This document shows, in pieces, positions 1-9,708 of a stretch of 64,000 bases of DNA (the first letter of the stretch is position 1; each line of letters opens with the position of its first letter). The notes beneath the pieces are model-generated. The model did no database searches, was not told where the DNA came from, and saw nothing but the letters and a program-made list of their open reading frames with translations. This stretch comes from Candidatus Poribacteria bacterium. GTDB taxonomy: Bacteria; Poribacteria; WGA-4E; WGA-3G. The stretch lies in contig OZ242029.1 of NCBI GenBank assembly GCA_965205015.1, positions 288,001-352,000 on the forward strand, given 5' to 3'. Position numbers and translations under genes: made by a program.

Positions 1-884
1 ATTACGATTTCTTCGGCGCAGGTTTTCTCGCATACCTTTCCGGTGCTCTCTTTGAAGCCACAGGTGAATGGAATAACGCTTACATCTCTTATAAACAGGC
101 AGCAGCATACTACCGAAACGCAGCGGAGAAAACCGGTGTAAAGATACCAGCGGACATCGGTGGTTCACTGGTCCGATTGGCGCGCAAACTCGGTTTCGCT
201 GACGAACTGGCGCGGTATCAGGAACAGTATGGAAAGTTTTCGTCGCGTCCTGAAAACACCGGCGAACTGATCCTCTTTTATGAAAGCGGCTACGTTCCTC
301 CGAAACGTGAGGAGGCTTTGACGTTTCCGATCCTCAAAACAGACAATGTAGACAAACCTGAAAAGTTTGTGCCGACGCTTATAGGACGGGCGGGAAGGGT
401 GTATAAAGAGATTGAATTGGAATATCTCCTACGCGTTGCGATTCCGACAATTGACTCCCGCCGCCCGCTCCTCTCGGGGATCGAAGTCACAGTTGGAACG
501 GTAAAAGCGGAGGGTATGCTTGTAGCGGATGTAGAGAACATCGCTATAGAAACTTTCAATGCACAGCGACCTATTATCCTTTTACGGACGTTGGGACGAG
601 CCTTGCTGAAATACCTGGCGTACCGAAAGGCAAACAAGGAAAACGAAGTTTTAGGTCTCCTCACGAATCTTGCCGGTGTTTTGACAGAACAGGCAGACAC
701 ACGTTCTTGGCAAACGCTTCCGAATCAGATTTTTATGGTGCGGATGCCCTTGCCCGCAGGCACACATACACTTAACCTTTCCTTTTTAGACACGAACGGG
801 AGGGTCGGTGGACGCCATTCCGTACCTGATATCAAGATTAAGCCGAATCGGATAACTTTTTGGAATCACCGAACTTATAAATGA
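1..884 (+). CDS. COG3014-like uncharacterised (lipo)protein, 5'-truncated by window edge
   Basis: Frame is open from position 3 (YDFFGAGFLAYLSGALFEATGEWNNAYISY...) into the listed ORF; contains GYVP and EQADTRSWQTLP motifs typical of COG3014. Confidence 0.7.
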   Translation, partial: YDFFGAGFLAYLSGALFEATGEWNNAYISYKQAAAYYRNAAEKTGVKIPADIGGSLVRLARKLGFADELARYQEQYGKFSSRPENTGELILFYESGYVPPKREEALTFPILKTDNVDKPEKFVPTLIGRAGRVYKEIELEYLLRVAIPTIDSRRPLLSGIEVTVGTVKAEGMLVADVENIAIETFNAQRPIILLRTLGRALLKYLAYRKANKENEVLGLLTNLAGVLTEQADTRSWQTLPNQIFMVRMPLPAGTHTLNLSFLDTNGRVGGRHSVPDIKIKPNRITFWNHRTYK

Positions 885-914
885 GCACGCCAGATAGTAA
901 GACGGACGAAAAAC

Positions 915-2075
915 ATGCAACGCATCTATTTAGACTACAACGCCACAACGCCACTTCGTCCCGAAGTCAGGGACACAATGATGCCGTACCTCACCGAAGC
1001 ATTCGGTAACGGTTCCAGTATTCACGCCTACGGACGCGAGGCACGCACTGCTATCGACACCGCTCGCGAGCAGGTCGCCGATCTCATCGGTGCCAAAAGC
1101 CCGAGTGAGATCGTTTTCACCGGCAGCGGCACTGAAGCAGATAACCACGCCATTAAAGGACTGACCGAATTACAAAAGAGCCGGGGCAAGGGAAACCATA
1201 TCATCACCTCCTCTGTGGAGCATCACGCCGTCTTGCATACCTGTCAATATCTGGAGCAGCGCGGTTTCGAGGTAACCTATCTCCCTGTAGACAGATATGG
1301 ACGAATTCATGTTGAACAACTTAGCGAGGCAGTCCGCGACACGACAGTGCTGATCTCCATCATGCACGTCAACAACGAGAACGGCACCGTCCAACCGCTT
1401 GAAGAGATATGCGAGATTGCGCAGGAACACGAAATCCCTCTCCACACCGATGCCGTGCAATCGGTTGGGAAGTTAGAAATGAACGTTCAAGACCTCGGTG
1501 TGAACCTCCTCGCGTTTTCCGGACACAAGATTTACGCCCCCAAAGGCATTGGTGTCCTCTACATCCGCCGCGGCACCCGACTGGCAAACCTCGTTCACGG
1601 CGGATCGCATGAACGCAACCGTCGCGCCGGATCTGAAAACGTCCCTGCCATTGTCGGCTTAGGCACTGCCGCCGATCTGGCAAAACAGGAGCAGAATACC
1701 TACGCGCAGCATCTCAACACCTTAACGCAAAGACTCCGCGAAGGCTTGGACGCACACATCGATCGCCTGCACTATAACGGACATCCTGACCACTGTGCAC
1801 CCGGCACGCTCAACGTCTCGTTTGAATCGGTAGAGGGTGAAAGCCTCATCTTACGCCTGGACATGGAGGGTATCTGTGTTTCAACGGGGTCTGCGTGTAC
1901 CTCCGGCTCAATGGAACCGTCGCACGTCCTCGCCGCCCTCGGCTTACCCCCGCGTTTGGCACAAGGCACCGTCCGCTTCTCCTTGGGTAGGAACACAACC
2001 GAAGCCGAGATCGATGCGGTCATCACCAAATTACCGAAAGTCATCCAGCAAATGCGTACCCTATATAGAGGATAG
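915..2075 (+). CDS. iscS: Cysteine desulfurase (IscS/NifS, class V PLP enzyme)
   Basis: YLDYNATTP, HTDAVQ, SGHK (PLP lysine), STGSACTS (catalytic Cys). Confidence 0.95.
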   Translation: MQRIYLDYNATTPLRPEVRDTMMPYLTEAFGNGSSIHAYGREARTAIDTAREQVADLIGAKSPSEIVFTGSGTEADNHAIKGLTELQKSRGKGNHIITSSVEHHAVLHTCQYLEQRGFEVTYLPVDRYGRIHVEQLSEAVRDTTVLISIMHVNNENGTVQPLEEICEIAQEHEIPLHTDAVQSVGKLEMNVQDLGVNLLAFSGHKIYAPKGIGVLYIRRGTRLANLVHGGSHERNRRAGSENVPAIVGLGTAADLAKQEQNTYAQHLNTLTQRLREGLDAHIDRLHYNGHPDHCAPGTLNVSFESVEGESLILRLDMEGICVSTGSACTSGSMEPSHVLAALGLPPRLAQGTVRFSLGRNTTEAEIDAVITKLPKVIQQMRTLYRG

Positions 2076-2202
2076 ACTTTCTGTTTTCACCCAACCGCCG
2101 AAAATAGCCCCTTTTTGTGCAACCTAAAAAGACTACTGTCCTTTTTCGTGCAGCCTAACCCCTATAATCACACGGATCCCCCTAAATTCAGCACTTTTTG
2201 CG

Positions 2203-2219
2203 TTGGCACGGGAATTGCT
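2203..2219 (+). promoter_or_regulatory. Sigma54 (-24/-12) promoter
   Basis: TTGGCACGGGAATTGCT matches TGGCACG-N4-TTGC; ends about 44 bp before ATG 2263, which has a GGAGGT RBS. Confidence 0.8.
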
Positions 2220-2262
2220 CTCACCTCCATATCAACACCTTTGTTCGTTGGAGGTAAGACAA

Positions 2263-3732
2263 ATGCGCAAAAAAATAACCTCAGGTGCCCTGATGACTTC
2301 GTTGGTGCTTCACATCGTCATCGCGCTTGTTGCCGGACTCTATCTACTCGCGCAAACTGAGCAGTTTCGAGATATGATGGGTATCGAAATCCTCTATCCC
2401 AAAGAGCCACCGAAACCTAAAGTGGAAAGAAAATTCGTCGTGAAACCTATCGTCAAGCCGACTGTTCCAAAACAAAAAACCGTCGTCGGACAGATTCAAG
2501 TGCCGCCTCATGTAACGACTGTGCTTCCTCGCGAACCAAATTTTAGAGCGCAGACGGTCCTCAGATTTTCAAGCCAAACCGTCAAGGTCAAACCGCCAAC
2601 GGATCCGAACATACCCAAAAGAGTCGCACCAAACCCAGCAGCGCAGACAGATGTGATATACAGTGATTTATTCGTGTCGGATGCTCCCCATGCTTTGGCG
2701 TTCTCCGCGCCTATCGTAACGGTCCCCTTCTCTCGAACGAAAACCGTCTTTCGTGGTATCGCCGGACGGTTGAAGGTAACCCTTGAGCATCCACCGGGGC
2801 TTTCAATGGTTGAAAACGTCGGAGCCGCACGCGATGCCCTCGGCGATGTCGTTGAGAACATCACGCTTTCCAGTTACGTCGTACCCCCGCTTCCCAAAGG
2901 CGAACCGGGTGGGCGCGTCATCGGTAAAGGTAAAGATATCCGGGGCATTCTCCGATTTGCACGCGTCCGGCACGATCTTTCTGACTGGTGGGCGGATGCC
3001 TCCGCCCTCAACGCATTGACGCAATGGCTCAACGAGCGCACGAAAATCAAAACCGATATGAACGTTGAGGGAGGGGCGGTAAAACTCAACGATGCCAACC
3101 TCTTCAAAACACCCCTCGCCTTTATGACGGGTCATGATCCGGGACTCGTCCGTTCCCGGAAAATCTTTGGATGGAAGCACGGTACCGGCAGAATAGACGG
3201 TCGTCTCAGTGAGTCTGAAGCCGCGGGGATGCGCCGCTATCTCGTCGAAAAAGGCGGATTCCTCGTCTTTGACGATTGTGGTGTGAACGCCCCTTCACAG
3301 GCAATGGTCCGGCTCTTCCTCTCACAGATGCGCTACGTCATGCCGGAATATCACGTTGAACGGATTTCTAACAATCACGAAGTTTATCATAACTTCTATA
3401 GGATGGGGGGTCCCCCTGTCGGATTCGATATCTTCTGGTGGGGTACCCGTCCACCGAAACGGAACTATCTCGAAGGGATCTCCGTCGGCGAGAAATTGTC
3501 GGTTATCGTTGTCCGTCGGGATTATATGTGCGCGATGGAGACCGTCAGTTACCCGACGCGGAGTGTCCACTATTCCCCAGGCGTCTACCGTTTCATGACG
3601 AACGTTGTCGTGTATGCGTTGACGCACGGCTCGATTTCCGATTATTCCGGTTATGTGCCGGAGTCCGCGCTCATCAAGAAGGCACTCCCGAAGCAGGCAC
3701 CTGTTGCTGCGCAGATCGGTGGCTTTGAGTAA
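2263..3732 (+). CDS. DUF4159-domain protein with N-terminal membrane anchor and Pro/Lys-rich linker
   Basis: SLVLHIV anchor, FMTGH and YLVEKGGFLVFDDCG, NVVVYALTH C-terminus; start moved to ATG 2263 behind GGAGG. Confidence 0.75.
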   Translation: MRKKITSGALMTSLVLHIVIALVAGLYLLAQTEQFRDMMGIEILYPKEPPKPKVERKFVVKPIVKPTVPKQKTVVGQIQVPPHVTTVLPREPNFRAQTVLRFSSQTVKVKPPTDPNIPKRVAPNPAAQTDVIYSDLFVSDAPHALAFSAPIVTVPFSRTKTVFRGIAGRLKVTLEHPPGLSMVENVGAARDALGDVVENITLSSYVVPPLPKGEPGGRVIGKGKDIRGILRFARVRHDLSDWWADASALNALTQWLNERTKIKTDMNVEGGAVKLNDANLFKTPLAFMTGHDPGLVRSRKIFGWKHGTGRIDGRLSESEAAGMRRYLVEKGGFLVFDDCGVNAPSQAMVRLFLSQMRYVMPEYHVERISNNHEVYHNFYRMGGPPVGFDIFWWGTRPPKRNYLEGISVGEKLSVIVVRRDYMCAMETVSYPTRSVHYSPGVYRFMTNVVVYALTHGSISDYSGYVPESALIKKALPKQAPVAAQIGGFE

Positions 3733-3809
3733 GTTGTGTTCACATTACCCCCGTTGTCTCTGTTTAGAGTAGAGTTAACTCCATTATTGTTTTTGAGAAG
3801 GTCATTGAC

Positions 3810-4754
3810 ATGTTCAAAATCCTCGTTGCATCGATTGTGAGTTTCTTCGCTGTTTACATCAGTGACTGTAGTCATAACGCAAACAAAATCCAAGAAGAGA
3901 TGCCAGTAAATCTCTTGTACGTAGATCCACCGAACGGTGGTGACGCTGAATCACTTAGCGCTATCACCCTTACTTTTGACGGTGTACCTACTGATGTTAC
4001 ATCAACTATGGGGACCGTTACGGTTTCTGGCAAAACTGTCGTGATCAGTGGATTCTTCATTTCACCACCCGGTTTTGTAGCGCTTGATCTCACCGTCACA
4101 TGGGCAGATAGAAGTCAGAAACTGAGTTACTATCATAAACTTAAATTGTGAGCAAAGACTAAGAAATCGCTGGATGCGATCGAAGTTGACGATATCCAAC
4201 CGCAACCCGGAGTACCCGCTCAATTTGTCAAATCAGAGCCAGAATTAGGGGCATCTGTTTTTGACGTTGACACCGTTATCATTTATTTTCATACCAGACC
4301 GACAGATGTCAAAATAACGAACGCCTCAACACAAGTTGAGAAGGCGGTTGTCAGAGGCAACACCGTTGAAGTCTCTATTGATCAACCCGCCTTGGGGCAT
4401 CATGTCAAGTTTACCGTCACGTGGGCAGATGGGGAGCGAAACCTGGCGTTCACTACCGAAGATACTTCGCCAGAGGTTTGGGATGTATGGCCAGCCAACG
4501 GCAGTTCAATTGTTGGTTTTAAGACCATCCGTCTTTTTCTTACGGGTATACCCAAAGACGCCAAATATTATAACCATGCCTCAGACAGTTTTGGTGAAGT
4601 TAGGATAATTAGCAACACCCTCGAATTTGATGTCCCTCACTTCATCAAAGGACCTTCTATCAGTTTTACCGTCTCATGGACCGGGAAAAACGGATCTGTG
4701 CAAAAATCAACGAAACTGACCTATACAAACGAAGATGTGGAACCCGAAGAATAG
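3810..4754 (+). pseudogene. Secreted protein with three Ig-like repeats, interrupted by an in-frame TGA at 4149-4151
   Basis: ORFs 3810-4151 and 4392-4754 share one frame, open from 4152; three modules end in TVTWAD/TVTWAD/TVSWTG. Confidence 0.55.
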
Positions 4755-4888
4755 AGATTATAGTAAAGCCCGAAAATACTTGGACACTCTAAAAGACACA
4801 AAACCCCACTCGCTGGTGAGGTTTCCTAACCTCGCCACATTAAAGCGTCTAAACTTAATTGTGGGCTTTACTATAAACAGCTCTCTTC

Positions 4889-4917
4889 TTGACGGTTTTT
4901 GTCAAACATGTTATCAT
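4889..4917 (+). promoter_or_regulatory. Sigma70-type promoter of the enolase-family cluster
   Basis: TTGACG-17-TATCAT. Confidence 0.55.
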
Positions 4918-5036
4918 CAATACATAGAAAACTTAGCGAGATGCCGTGAGCAAGCAACAACGGCGCTTGCGAAACCTAAGCGAGAACCGTTAAATCACCA
5001 ATCACGCCATTTCACGCTTGGCACAGAATTAAAAAC

Positions 5037-6140
5037 ATGAAAATTCGTTGTATCAACGCCTACCAAGTCGACCTTCCACTCTATGAAGGCAGTTACAATT
5101 GGTCGGGCGGAAAATCCGTATCCGTATTCGACAGTACCATCGTCTCAATTGAAACGGACGCAGGCATCACCGGCTACGGCGAGGTCTGCCCACTGGGACC
5201 GTTCTATCTCCCCGCTTATGCCGCAGGCACCCGTACCGGCATCGCCGAACTCGCACCGCATCTCATCGGCGAAGACCCGACACAACTGCTTCCACTCAAC
5301 CAACGCATGGACATCGCACTCAAGGGACACCCGTATGTGAAATCCGCAATCGACATCGCGTGTTGGGATATTCTCGGTAAGGTCGCAAACCAATCGGTCT
5401 GTACGCTTCTGGGTGGAAGATACGGATCGGATTTCATGCTCTATCGTGCGATTTCCCAACAATCTCCCGACGAGATGGCAGCGAAAGTCGCCACCTATCG
5501 TGCAGAAGGCTATCGCAAATTCCAATTAAAAGTAGGCGGTGATCCGAACACTGACATTGAACGTATCCGAGCGGTCGCCGAATTGATGCACCCCGGAGAC
5601 GTACTCATCGCAGATGCGAATACCGGTTGGTTAATGCACCAAGCCGCCCGTGTCGTCCAAGGCGTGCGCGATGTAGACGTCTATATCGAACAACCCTGTC
5701 TCTCCTACGAAGAATGCCTGGCTATCCGTCAACGGACAGGTCACCCTTTTATTCTTGACGAGACGATTGACAGCATTCAAGCGTTGTTACGCGGTTATGC
5801 CGACAGCGCGATGGACGTCGTCAACATTAAGATAAGCAAATTCGGAGGACTGACCAAAGCGAAACTCGCCAGAGACCTCTGTGTTGAACTCGGAATTGCA
5901 ATGACAATTGAAGACAGCTGGGGTGGGGATATTACCACTGCCGCCATTGCGCATCTCGCCCACAGTACACCGACAGCATTTCTTTTCACGGCAACAGATT
6001 TCAATAGCTACGTTACCGTTAGCACGGCGGAAGGCGCCCCCCAACGCACCAACGGCAGGATGGCAGCCGCAACACAACCCGGCTTAGGAATCACGCCTGA
6101 TATGGATGTGTTAGGTGAAGCAGTCGTTCATGTGGAGTAA
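5037..6140 (+). CDS. Mandelate racemase/MLE family enzyme, cis-3-hydroxy-L-proline dehydratase or hydroxyproline-betaine epimerase-like
   Basis: [38 protein letters not shown] metal ligands. Confidence 0.8.
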   Translation: MKIRCINAYQVDLPLYEGSYNWSGGKSVSVFDSTIVSIETDAGITGYGEVCPLGPFYLPAYAAGTRTGIAELAPHLIGEDPTQLLPLNQRMDIALKGHPYVKSAIDIACWDILGKVANQSVCTLLGGRYGSDFMLYRAISQQSPDEMAAKVATYRAEGYRKFQLKVGGDPNTDIERIRAVAELMHPGDVLIADANTGWLMHQAARVVQGVRDVDVYIEQPCLSYEECLAIRQRTGHPFILDETIDSIQALLRGYADSAMDVVNIKISKFGGLTKAKLARDLCVELGIAMTIEDSWGGDITTAAIAHLAHSTPTAFLFTATDFNSYVTVSTAEGAPQRTNGRMAAATQPGLGITPDMDVLGEAVVHVE

Positions 6141-6144
6141 TCGC

Positions 6145-7110
6145 ATGCATATCAGAATCCTTTCTGCCGCCGATGTCCGGATAGCCTTGCCAATGCCGAA
6201 AGCAGTCGATGCGATGCGGCACGCCTACGGTCAACTTTCGGCAGGCAAAGTGACCGCGCCGCCACGACAACACCTCTCCACCGACAAAGGCGTTACGCTT
6301 CTAATGCCTGCCCACCTACCCGAGCGCAACGAATTCGGCATCAAAGTCGTCTCGGTTTATGACGACAATCCGAGCCTCGACTTACCCCGTATCACGGCGA
6401 CAGTTTTAGTGCTGGACCCAGCGACAGGACTCCCAAAAGCATTCATGGACGGTAGCAGTCTCACCGCTATCCGAACGGGAGCCGGGGGCGGCGTCGCGGC
6501 AGACCTACTTGCCCGGCAGGATGCCAAAACGGTCGGTTTATTCGGAGCCGGCGTGCAGGCGAGAGCACAATTGCAGGCAGTCATGGCGGTCAGAGACATT
6601 AAGCGCGTTAATCTCATCAGTCGAACACAAGCCTCCGCACAACAATTCGCCACTGAAATTTCAGAGTGGACGGATGCCCCGGAAGTCAATCTCGTCCCGA
6701 ACCCTCGACGGGTCGTAGAGGACGCAGACATCGTTATCTGTGCGACAACATCGGCAACCCCACTTTTCGATGGAAATGCCCTGCAACCGGGTACACACAT
6801 CACAGCCGTTGGCACGTTTGTGCCAGAAAAAAGAGAAGTTGATACAACGACGATGAGAAGGGCATCCCGAATTGTGGTCGATTCGCGGGAAGCCTGCTTA
6901 GAAGAGGCAGGAGACCTGATTATTCCCAATGCTAAAATTGACGCTGAAATCGGAGAAATCGTCAACGGCGACAAGCACGGACGCCAGTCAGACGACGAAA
7001 TCACGTTCTTTAAATCGGTTGGTGTGGCGGTGCAGGACGCAGTCGCAGGATCCGTGGTCCTTGCCGAGGCAGACACCAAAGGATTAGGCACTATCCTGGA
7101 AATAGCATGA
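6145..7110 (+). CDS. Ornithine cyclodeaminase/mu-crystallin family (possible delta1-pyrroline-2-carboxylate reductase)
   Basis: LTAIRTGA, GAGVQA, FKSVGVAVQD. Confidence 0.85.
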   Translation: MHIRILSAADVRIALPMPKAVDAMRHAYGQLSAGKVTAPPRQHLSTDKGVTLLMPAHLPERNEFGIKVVSVYDDNPSLDLPRITATVLVLDPATGLPKAFMDGSSLTAIRTGAGGGVAADLLARQDAKTVGLFGAGVQARAQLQAVMAVRDIKRVNLISRTQASAQQFATEISEWTDAPEVNLVPNPRRVVEDADIVICATTSATPLFDGNALQPGTHITAVGTFVPEKREVDTTTMRRASRIVVDSREACLEEAGDLIIPNAKIDAEIGEIVNGDKHGRQSDDEITFFKSVGVAVQDAVAGSVVLAEADTKGLGTILEIA

Positions 7111-7134
7111 ACGGCTGTCGGTAGCAAGTTAGCA

Positions 7135-7163
7135 CTTGACAAAAAAAGCAGATCGTATAAAAT
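7135..7163 (+). promoter_or_regulatory. Sigma70-type promoter
   Basis: TTGACA-17-TAAAAT upstream of the Ldh_2 pair. Confidence 0.55.
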
Positions 7164-7180
7164 AGGGTATATATTTATGA

Positions 7181-7364
7181 AGGGCGACGCTACGGAAACC
7201 AACGCTAATTACCAAACCCACCCCAACGAACCGCAAGGAAAATTAAGAAATGGAAAAATAGAATGTCCAAAAATCGCAAGCCCGTAATGAAATGGAGGGC
7301 GACTCTACGGAAATTACCTTGAACGACTAACCCACCTCAACGAACCGCAAGGAAAATTAAAAAT
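7181..7364 (+). repeat. Two tandem copies of a dispersed leader element (AACCCACCTCA[A/C]CGAACCGCAAGGAAAATTAAAAA-ATG)
   Basis: Copies end at ATG 7250 (MEK-stop) and ATG 7365; further copies near 8529, 16256, 21525-21616, 28097 and 29721. Confidence 0.85.
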
Positions 7365-8441
7365 ATGGAAAAAACGCATCTACTTCAGGCACCACACCTT
7401 CACGCAATCGCACGCAACATCTTCGTCGCCGCCGGTGCCTCGCGGCACATCGCAGAAGATGTCTCCGAAATCCTTGTCAACGCCAACCTCGCGGGTCACG
7501 ACTCACACGGCGTGCTACGTGTCCCAGCGTATCTACGCGGTATCGATGCCGGACAATTGGACCCCACTGCGGAACCCAAAATCCTCGCAGAAACCCCGAA
7601 TACCCTACGCGTTGACGGACAACGCGGCTTCGGACACTACGTCTCACGCTGGTCCATCAGTAAAGCCATAGAGAAGGCAAAAACCGCCGTCTCCTGCTCC
7701 GTCAGCATCAGCAACACCGGACATATCGGACGTTTGGGTGAGTACGCAGAGGCAGCAGCGAAAGCCGGATGTATCGGACTTATCAGCGTCGGGTCAGGCG
7801 GTAAAGGCGGGGGACCGACAGTCCCTTATGGCGGTGCACAAGGTACTTTCAGCACGAACCCAATCGCTTTGGGCGTGCCGACTGGCGACGACAGCCCCTT
7901 TATCGTTGACTACGCAACGAGCATGGTTGCCGAAGGGAAGATACAGGTCGCCCGGAGCAAAGGCATCGATTTACCAGAGGGCTGCATTCTCGATAAAAAC
8001 GGGAGGCCGAGCGTCAAGCCTGCTGACTTCTACGACGGTGGAGCACTTCTCGCATTCGGGAAACACAAAGGGTATGCACTCGCTATGTTCACCTGTCTCC
8101 TCGGCGGATTAGCGGGAACATTTGACACAGAAAGTGGTAGGATGGGCGGCACTTTCATGCAAGCCATAGATGTCAACGCCTTTACACCGGTTGAGAAATA
8201 CCAGAACGGCGTACGCGCCTTCTTAGATGGCATCAAATCCACACCGCCAGCACAAGGCTTCGACGAAGTACTCGTCCCCGGGGACTTTGAATACCGATTC
8301 CGCACACAGCGGTTAGTAGAAGGCGTTGAAATACCTGATACCATCTACAATCAACTTCAAGAATGCGCAGACAAACTCGGAATTTCCATCGGCGAAGACA
8401 CTATTGAGGCAGACGACAAGGCACACTACAGTCCGATTTAG
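7365..8441 (+). CDS. Ldh_2 family (malate/L-lactate/ureidoglycolate/DpkA-type) oxidoreductase, paralog 1
   Basis: GHDSHGV, GHIGRLGEY, STNPIA, HKGYAL. Confidence 0.9.
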   Translation: MEKTHLLQAPHLHAIARNIFVAAGASRHIAEDVSEILVNANLAGHDSHGVLRVPAYLRGIDAGQLDPTAEPKILAETPNTLRVDGQRGFGHYVSRWSISKAIEKAKTAVSCSVSISNTGHIGRLGEYAEAAAKAGCIGLISVGSGGKGGGPTVPYGGAQGTFSTNPIALGVPTGDDSPFIVDYATSMVAEGKIQVARSKGIDLPEGCILDKNGRPSVKPADFYDGGALLAFGKHKGYALAMFTCLLGGLAGTFDTESGRMGGTFMQAIDVNAFTPVEKYQNGVRAFLDGIKSTPPAQGFDEVLVPGDFEYRFRTQRLVEGVEIPDTIYNQLQECADKLGISIGEDTIEADDKAHYSPI

Positions 8442-8466
8442 AAATGGCAGTCAGCGGTCAGCAGAG

Positions 8467-8520
8467 AGAATGGAAGAATGGAAGACGGGGCACCCAACCT
8501 TCCAGCCTTCCGTCCTTCCA
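8467..8520. repeat. GGAAG/CTTCC imperfect palindromic intergenic repeat
   Basis: GAATGGAAGAATGGAAG...CTTCCAGCCTTCCGTCCTTCCA; related copies at about 27001-27029 and 47074-47142. Confidence 0.6.
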
Positions 8521-8548
8521 ACCAAACGCCGCAAGGAAAATTAAAAAA

Positions 8549-9595
8549 ATGAAGAGGCACATATTTGAAGCCGCACACCTTCAGGCATTCACGAATAATC
8601 TATTTGTAGCGGCAGGCACACCACAGCACATCGCCGATAACGTCGCCGAGATTCTCATAAAAGCGAACCTCGCGGGACACGATTCGCACGGCGTGCTTCG
8701 GATTCCCTCCTACCTTGATGGCATTGAGGGCGGCGGTATCCGTCCCGATGCCGAACCCGATGTGCTACAGGAAACCGACAATACGCTCCATATCGATGGT
8801 GGGAACGGCTTCGGACACTATACCGCCCGCTACGCGATCCGACGCGCAATCGAAAAATCGAAAACCGCGCGGACCTGTTTCGCAACGCTCACTCGGACGG
8901 GACATATCGGTAGAGTCGGCGAATACGCCCAAGAAGCCGCTGAATCCGGGTATATCGGCATTATCACCGTCGGGGGCGGTTCAAAAGGGGGCGGACGTAT
9001 CCTCCCGTTTGGGGGTGCTGTTGGCGCACTCGGCACAAACCCCATTGCTATCGGTATCCCGACAGGCGATGACACGCCGTTCCTCATCGACTTCGCGACC
9101 AGTATGATCGCGAACGGTAAAACCTACGTCGCCGACAGTGAAAATCGAGATTTGCTGGAGGGATGTGTTGTTGACAAACACGGAAATCCCACTGTCAAAA
9201 CCGCTGAATACCGTGATGGCGGACATCTTCTCGCTTTTGGAAGGCACAAAGGCTACGCGCTTTCCCTCTTTGTCGCACTGATTGGTGGATTGGGCGGCGC
9301 ATTCAATACTGAAACTGGACAGATGGGAGGGCTCCACATGCAGGTGATCGATGTCAATGCCTTTACACCCCTTGAAGAATATCAAAAAGGGGTGCGTGCG
9401 TTTTTAGACACAATCAAGGCGACACCGCCTGCCTCCGGGTTCGATGAGGTGTTAGTCCCTGGGGATTTTGAAGCAAATACCCGAGCACACCGCCTCGCAA
9501 ACGGGATTGATGTTCCCGATACCATCTACCAGCAACTTCGCGAGTGTGCCGAAAAATGGAATGTCTCCCTTCCAGAGGAATCTCGTTTGCCCTAA
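8549..9595 (+). CDS. Ldh_2 family oxidoreductase, paralog 2
   Basis: Same motifs as 7365-8441; start at ATG 8549 behind the leader repeat. Confidence 0.9.
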   Translation: MKRHIFEAAHLQAFTNNLFVAAGTPQHIADNVAEILIKANLAGHDSHGVLRIPSYLDGIEGGGIRPDAEPDVLQETDNTLHIDGGNGFGHYTARYAIRRAIEKSKTARTCFATLTRTGHIGRVGEYAQEAAESGYIGIITVGGGSKGGGRILPFGGAVGALGTNPIAIGIPTGDDTPFLIDFATSMIANGKTYVADSENRDLLEGCVVDKHGNPTVKTAEYRDGGHLLAFGRHKGYALSLFVALIGGLGGAFNTETGQMGGLHMQVIDVNAFTPLEEYQKGVRAFLDTIKATPPASGFDEVLVPGDFEANTRAHRLANGIDVPDTIYQQLRECAEKWNVSLPEESRLP

Positions 9596-9708
9596 TCCCC
9601 GCTTTGAAGTATTTCTCCGAGTACCCCAAGGAACAATAGGATTACACCAATGTCAATAGCACCCACACGCTAAAGCGTGGGGCTTGCGCTTCATAGCAGT
9701 TCGCCTTC

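Noticed and set aside
4149-4151. Selenocysteine or genome-wide TGA recoding
   Set aside because: No evident SECIS or Cys-like context, and TGA ends many normal genes here
4930-4980. Hammerhead ribozyme (GA-stem-GAAAC pattern)
   Set aside because: Lacks the CUGANGA core (reads GCCGUGA) and has no proper stem III/NUH site
6357-7202. Long antisense ORFs (also 47074-47850, 56096-56938, 14354-15106)
   Set aside because: Shadows of well-supported genes on the opposite strand with no recognisable motifs
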